Below are positions 11,707 through 27,117 of a stretch of 27,117 nucleotides of DNA, in pieces. The notes beneath the pieces are model-generated. The model was not told the origin of the DNA. It ran no database searches and was given only the letters and a program-made list of their open reading frames with translations. Origin of the DNA: Eledone cirrhosa (Eukaryota); NCBI GenBank assembly GCA_964016885.1, contig CAXHJY010001533.1, positions 1-27,117 on the forward strand, given 5' to 3'. Both the position numbers and the translations under genes were made by a program. How positions within the stretch are numbered: position 1 is the first letter of the stretch; each line of letters begins with the position of its first letter.

Positions 11707-12876
11707 ATGGCTAACCAGCAAAAATCCAAACAGAACTGGTCTGATAATGAAATCGACATTCTAATAAACACATGGCATTGCCTTTCCCAAACAGAAAATA
11801 TAGATGCTTCATCTCTGAACGACATTGCTAAACGTACAGTTCAATTTTTGAAAACTCGATCTGAACAACAGATTCAAAATAAATTAAAGCAAATCGAAAT
11901 TGCTTTTAAATTAATCAATAAACATTTGGATAAACTACGGTGTGTTTTCTCTTCGAATGCTGTCCAGCAGCAGCAACAACAACAGCAGCAGCTACAACAG
12001 CAACAACAACAACAGCAACAACAACAACAACAGCTACAACAACAACAACAACAGCAACAACAACAACAACAACGACAACAACAGTGTGAACCACTCCTTG
12101 ATTCATCAACAATGGCCGATCTACTAAATGAAACTATTGACCCCCCAGTGGCCTCTGTCTCACAGCATGAAACGCCACATCCTTTCTCTGGCCCAGCAGT
12201 CCAATCATCACCACTGCCAACATCTCTGCCTACTACTACTACTACTACTACAACATTTTTGTCTACTGCTACGTCAAGGAATTTACCTTCTAATACCAGA
12301 ACAAGAACTCTCCCTCCCACAGTCCACAAAGGTCGTCAAATCCTACCCAAACCATCATCTACACCTCTCACAACACCCACACCCACATACCCACCCACTC
12401 GAAACCCCATCATTTGCCGCTACTCTCTACGCTATAGAATATGTACGGATAGTGGCTGCAAATTCACCCATTTACCTAGGACAAAACGATCTATCCCCAC
12501 AAACAGCCACCACCATAATACATACTCTAATTTAACACCAACACAACCACCAATAACTCAAACAAGGAATCCACAAATCTGCCGTTTTTCCCTGCGAGAC
12601 AGATTGTGTTTAGACCGGGATTGTCCCTTTACCCATCTCCCGGGGACCAGTCGGATAAATGAAAATAAAATTAAAAATAAAAGCAAAAACAAAAACCATA
12701 ACCTACATAAAAATAACCACTACCACAGTCACCAACAGTCTTCTAAACAGGAAACTTCTTCCTCTTTTTTAGCCATAATGAATCTGGCAAAAGAACTGGA
12801 AAAAAACATTCGAGCTATCACCCAGCACCACCCTCCACTATCACCCCACTGCACAAACTCCCATTGCTGCCATTAA
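11707..12876 (+). CDS. CR1 ORF1 protein (389 aa): Myb/SANT-like N-terminus, polyQ, Pro/Thr/Ser-rich linker, two CCCH zinc fingers
   Basis: ATG start, positioned upstream of ORF2. NWSDNEIDILINTW...RSEQQIQNKLKQI resembles Myb/SANT-like (trihelix) domains. 40-codon Q tract at 11965-12084. C-x8-C-x4-C-x3-H at 12415-12471 and 12580-12636. Confidence 0.85.
   Translation: MANQQKSKQNWSDNEIDILINTWHCLSQTENIDASSLNDIAKRTVQFLKTRSEQQIQNKLKQIEIAFKLINKHLDKLRCVFSSNAVQQQQQQQQQLQQQQQQQQQQQQQLQQQQQQQQQQQQRQQQCEPLLDSSTMADLLNETIDPPVASVSQHETPHPFSGPAVQSSPLPTSLPTTTTTTTTFLSTATSRNLPSNTRTRTLPPTVHKGRQILPKPSSTPLTTPTPTYPPTRNPIICRYSLRYRICTDSGCKFTHLPRTKRSIPTNSHHHNTYSNLTPTQPPITQTRNPQICRFSLRDRLCLDRDCPFTHLPGTSRINENKIKNKSKNKNHNLHKNNHYHSHQQSSKQETSSSFLAIMNLAKELEKNIRAITQHHPPLSPHCTNSHCCH
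11965..12084 (+). repeat. (CAA/CAG)n coding trinucleotide repeat, 37 Gln in 40 codons
   Basis: Direct reading; interrupted by two CTA codons and one CGA. Confidence 0.95.
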
Positions 12877-15800
12877 CAAACAAACAAATTAACAACACAC
12901 CAAAACAATTAAAACCATCCACTCTCGCCTCTACATTTTTGCTTAACGCCCAAGGCATCAGCCCTTCCACCAATACTCAAAAATGGAAGATCAAATTCCT
13001 GGAGGACTGGATTGATGTCCATCCAAACCACATCCCTTTCTTCGTCCTCACTGAAACCCATCTCAGTAACCTCCACTTGGAAGCCGAGGTGAAAGTGAAA
13101 AATTTCAAAGCCATCCGTGCTGATCGCGCTGGCAGAAGAAAGGGCGGAACTGCCATTTATGTCCATAATTCTTTCTCAACAGAGGCTATGAACATATTCA
13201 CTAATGGATACTGTGAGGCAGTCACTGTATTCAGTCAAACCAACAACCTATTAGTAGTTGGGCTCTATAGGCCACCCCAAACGCCTGTACCATGCTTCAA
13301 GGAATGCCTCAACAGCATAAAGTGTTTCATCCAAGAGTGTCACCCTGACAACATCTTGATGATGGGGGACTTCAACCTCCCCGGAGTTGACTGGTCCACA
13401 AACACCCTGCCACCAGGTTCTTCTGCCTCAACCTCTGACAGGGAAGCTGTGGAATCGCTTCTTGACTTCATGGATGATTTCTTCCTATCCCAACTAGTGC
13501 TCGAACCAACGAGGTGCCACAAAAACGTCCTAGACTTAATTTTCAGCAATCACACTGACAATATCCACAATATTGCAGTGGAGAAAACTCTACTCTCTGA
13601 TCATGACATGGTTCTCTGTGATCTGAGTTTCCACCGTCCAATATACAAACCCAATGTCATTTCTCCTGTCCATCCGATTGACGCTATGGATTTCCACAAT
13701 GCAAACTGGGAAGCGATCAGTCATGATCTTGCACATGTCGACTGGTCCTTCACGCACACTCATACACCCACTAACATCAAAAAGTCCTGGCAGACATTTG
13801 TGGACACTGTTACAAACATATGTGCTAAACACACCCCATTAAGAACTATAAACAAATCTAAGAGCAGAATCCCTAGAAATAGAAAAACACTCATCAGAAA
13901 AATTAAGAGAACGAACAAAAAAATCAACAAGCTGAAATACTGTCAGCAGCAACACATCAACTTGACTGCCATTTCATCACTAGAGATTAAAAAACATAAC
14001 CTCCAAAACAACATAATGTCCCTCATCAACAATCAGAGAAGAGCTGAAGAGGCCTGGGCCATTGAGAAGATCAAACTCAATCCCAAAGTGTTCTTTTCAT
14101 TTGCAAAAAAACACAAAATCACTGGCTCTACTGTTGGCCCTCTAATTGATGAAAATGGCACTCTTCAAGACAATGCTAAAACCATGGGTGAGATACTGCA
14201 GAAACAATACTGCTCTGTTTTCAGCAATCCTGATATGGCCGATCTGGGCTGTATCGGCGATGTTACTCCCCATTACACCTTATCGGACATAACGTTTGGC
14301 GCCCCTGATGTCTTGGCGGCAATAAAGGAAATCAAGCATAATTCAGCAGTAGGTCCCGATAGGTTCCCTGCTTGTGTCTTGAAGGCGTGTCAACACCAAC
14401 TTGCTTCTCCTCTTGCCAATCTGTGGCGGAACTCACTGGATGCTGGATATGTGCCAGAAAACCTTCTATCCCAGTCTGTTGTCCCAGTTTTCAAAAAGGG
14501 AAACAAATCCCTTGCCGTGAATTACCGTCCAATCTCACTCACCTCTCATATCATTAAGGTATTTGAGCGAGTGGTGAGATCGCGAATGACCCACTTCCTT
14601 GAGAGTAACAATATGCTGAACTCCAACCAGCATGGATTCCGTAATGGAAGGGATTGCCTGACGCAACTACTGCATCACTTTGATGACATTTTGAGAGCCT
14701 TGGGAGAGGGTTCCAACACTGATGTTATCTACCTTGATTTCAGCAAGGCCTTTGACAGGGTTGATCATAACATTCTACTGAGAAAGCTGTCCAATATTGG
14801 TGTCACTGGAAAGCTGCTGCAGTGGATCAAGAGCTTCCTGTCAAACAGAACCCAACATGTTGTAGTTGAGGGAGTCAAATCAAGCCCAGCCAAAGTCAGT
14901 AGTGGAGTCCCACAAGGCACTGTGTTGGGCCCACTTCTCTTCATCATCTATATTAATGACATCACTGACATCATCAAACACAGCAACATTAAAATTTTCG
15001 CTGATGATTCCAAGCTCCAAAAGGTCATCAATGGCGTGGATGACCGGATAAGCCTTCAGTCAGACCTACTGGCTGTTACCCAATGGGCAGAAAAGAACAA
15101 CATGTTACTGAACGAGGACAAATTCGAACTGATCCACTTTGGAAAAGAGGATGCTCTGAAACTCCCGTACTCCCTTCCCTCCGGGGAAACTCTCGTGGCA
15201 TCTAACAACATCAGAGACTTGGGAGTAACCGTGGACAGCAACATAAGCTGGACCACGCATATAAGCAGCAAAGTTGACATGGCCCGCAGAATGTGTTCCT
15301 GGATCCTCAGAACCTTCCAGTCGAGAGATTCCCGCACCATTATCCTTCTCTTCTCTACTTTCGCCCGACCACACCTTGAATACTGTTGTCCACTGTGGTC
15401 TCCCCACACGAAACAATGTATCATGAAACTTGAAGCTCCTCAAAGGGCAATCACGAAAAAGATAGATGGCATGTCAGACCTTGACTACTGGGGTCGATTG
15501 GAAAACCTGAAACTTTACTCACTCCAACGTCGCCGTGAGCGTTATATTATCTGCATGATGTGGAAAATGTTCCATCATCACTGCCCAAATGATGTTGGCA
15601 TCGCCTTCAAGATACACCCAAGGCTTGGGCCCCGTGCTATCCGTCCCATTCAAAAATCTAAATCGCAACTCATAACAACAATACGGCACAATTATTTCAC
15701 CTCAATCGGCCCTGCTCTCTTCAACATCACACCAGGACACGTCAAAACAGAAACTGACCACACAAAATTCAAGAAGTCTTTGGACAAATTCCTCCAAGTA

Positions 15801-15884
15801 ATCCCGGACAAACCACCCACACCCGGATATGTCTCCGCAAACAGTAATTCTCTTCTCGAATGGGCCATGGTGCCCAAATCCTGA
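12747..15884 (+). CDS. CR1 ORF2: APE endonuclease + reverse transcriptase (frame open from 12747; no ATG upstream of the first APE motifs)
   Basis: APE motifs LNAQG, LTETHL, GGTAIY, GLYRPP, MGDFN, LDLIF, SDH. RT motifs NYRPISLTS, QHGFR, YLDFSKAFD, SGVPQGTVLGP, FADD (14997-15008), DLGV. CR1-typical RPHLEYCCPLWSP and LYSLQRRRER. The track start at 12864 is a TTG. Confidence 0.95.
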   Translation, partial: TGNFFLFFSHNESGKRTGKKHSSYHPAPPSTITPLHKLPLLPLTNKQINNTPKQLKPSTLASTFLLNAQGISPSTNTQKWKIKFLEDWIDVHPNHIPFFVLTETHLSNLHLEAEVKVKNFKAIRADRAGRRKGGTAIYVHNSFSTEAMNIFTNGYCEAVTVFSQTNNLLVVGLYRPPQTPVPCFKECLNSIKCFIQECHPDNILMMGDFNLPGVDWSTNTLPPGSSASTSDREAVESLLDFMDDFFLSQLVLEPTRCHKNVLDLIFSNHTDNIHNIAVEKTLLSDHDMVLCDLSFHRPIYKPNVISPVHPIDAMDFHNANWEAISHDLAHVDWSFTHTHTPTNIKKSWQTFVDTVTNICAKHTPLRTINKSKSRIPRNRKTLIRKIKRTNKKINKLKYCQQQHINLTAISSLEIKKHNLQNNIMSLINNQRRAEEAWAIEKIKLNPKVFFSFAKKHKITGSTVGPLIDENGTLQDNAKTMGEILQKQYCSVFSNPDMADLGCIGDVTPHYTLSDITFGAPDVLAAIKEIKHNSAVGPDRFPACVLKACQHQLASPLANLWRNSLDAGYVPENLLSQSVVPVFKKGNKSLAVNYRPISLTSHIIKVFERVVRSRMTHFLESNNMLNSNQHGFRNGRDCLTQLLHHFDDILRALGEGSNTDVIYLDFSKAFDRVDHNILLRKLSNIGVTGKLLQWIKSFLSNRTQHVVVEGVKSSPAKVSSGVPQGTVLGPLLFIIYINDITDIIKHSNIKIFADDSKLQKVINGVDDRISLQSDLLAVTQWAEKNNMLLNEDKFELIHFGKEDALKLPYSLPSGETLVASNNIRDLGVTVDSNISWTTHISSKVDMARRMCSWILRTFQSRDSRTIILLFSTFARPHLEYCCPLWSPHTKQCIMKLEAPQRAITKKIDGMSDLDYWGRLENLKLYSLQRRRERYIICMMWKMFHHHCPNDVGIAFKIHPRLGPRAIRPIQKSKSQLITTIRHNYFTSIGPALFNITPGHVKTETDHTKFKKSLDKFLQVIPDKPPTPGYVSANSNSLLEWAMVPKS
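12765..12771 (+). promoter_or_regulatory. Candidate -1 ribosomal frameshift slippery heptamer U_UUU_UUA
   Basis: In X_XXY_YYZ phase with ORF1 (TCT TTT TTA). The -1 frame is ORF2 and is open from here to 15884. Confidence 0.55.
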
Positions 15885-15970
15885 ATTGAAAGACTTCGCC
15901 AGGTGGTGCTATTAAGTTAGACATGGCCTGGGCCAATACTGGCCAAAACATTTCAAAGTTATTCAAAGTT

Positions 15971-16634
<664 letters not shown>

Positions 16635-17048
16635 GGTGGCTGCCAACTCGTTTTCGAGTACGGCCACTACTTTATATCCATGTAGGAGAACCCCTACCGA
16701 TGCGCTGAACGAGTGTGACTTTTTAGTCCAGCCAGCAACTTGGAAACTCTGGTACAAACACCACACTTGTGACAATTATTGACACATAGTGCTGGGCCCA
16801 TGATACCACGTGACAACAAGTGCAGAGAGATCTCCAGATACAAAGCAATGCCTGTGCCGTGAAGCTTTTATAGTGAGCAAAGGCACTGCACAAAGCCAGT
16901 CCCACTCTCTTAACCAAGATGATATTTACCAAAAAGAAGAACAATTCAACATCATTGTATACCATCAGGGTTGCAGGTGTTATATCAGAGTTTTCCTTCT
17001 CCTAGAATTCTGCCTTGACAAAGGCTAAGGGGTCATCTCTCCCGGATG
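16635..17048 (-). mobile_element. Non-autonomous RTE derivative, copy 2 (apparently identical to copy 1; micro-ORF at 16694-16801)
   Basis: No difference seen by eye from 10061-10474 (offset 6574 at both ends). The ORF-track translations of the two copies are identical. Confidence 0.88.

Positions 17049-27117
<10,069 letters not shown>

Noticed and set aside
12776-12780. TAATG stop-start overlap as a SART1-like coupling signal
   Set aside because: The TAA is in neither ORF's frame and the ATG is in the ORF1 frame, so it cannot initiate ORF2.
11874-15877. Poly-Cys, poly-Val and poly-Asn ORFs and other short alternative-frame ORFs in the CR1
   Set aside because: Alternative readings of the CAA/CAG tract or shadows of ORF1/ORF2.

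Overview
This is eukaryotic, gene-poor DNA with no recognisable host gene. About 16 kb is a strand-polarised, imperfect (AT)n/(ATAC)n microsatellite array, and the very long Ile/Tyr/His/Thr and Met/Tyr/Ile/Cys/Val ORFs are artefacts of it. Non-LTR retrotransposons from three clades are embedded in the array. (1) An intact RTE/BovB-type LINE on the minus strand (ORF 1725-5270) encodes APE, RT and three C-terminal C2H2 fingers; its 3' hairpin lies at 1170-1202. (2) A 5'-truncated R4/Dong-type (RLE) fragment is nested in an (AAT)n tract of that RTE's 3' UTR. (3) An apparently full-length CR1-clade LINE lies on the plus strand (~10987-15971). Two apparently identical 414-bp non-autonomous elements (10061-10474, 16635-17048) are internally deleted RTEs made of 5' UTR, the last zinc finger and the 3' hairpin. 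Most interesting: a candidate programmed -1 frameshift joining CR1 ORF1 and ORF2; a Myb/SANT-like + polyQ + 2xCCCH ORF1; an ATG-initiated 35-aa zinc-finger micro-ORF in the non-autonomous RTE; covarying RNA structures shared by the RTE and its derivative; and a ~1.3-kb direct duplication flanking the CR1 that starts exactly at its 3' tail. All comparisons were made by eye; no searches or folding programs were run.
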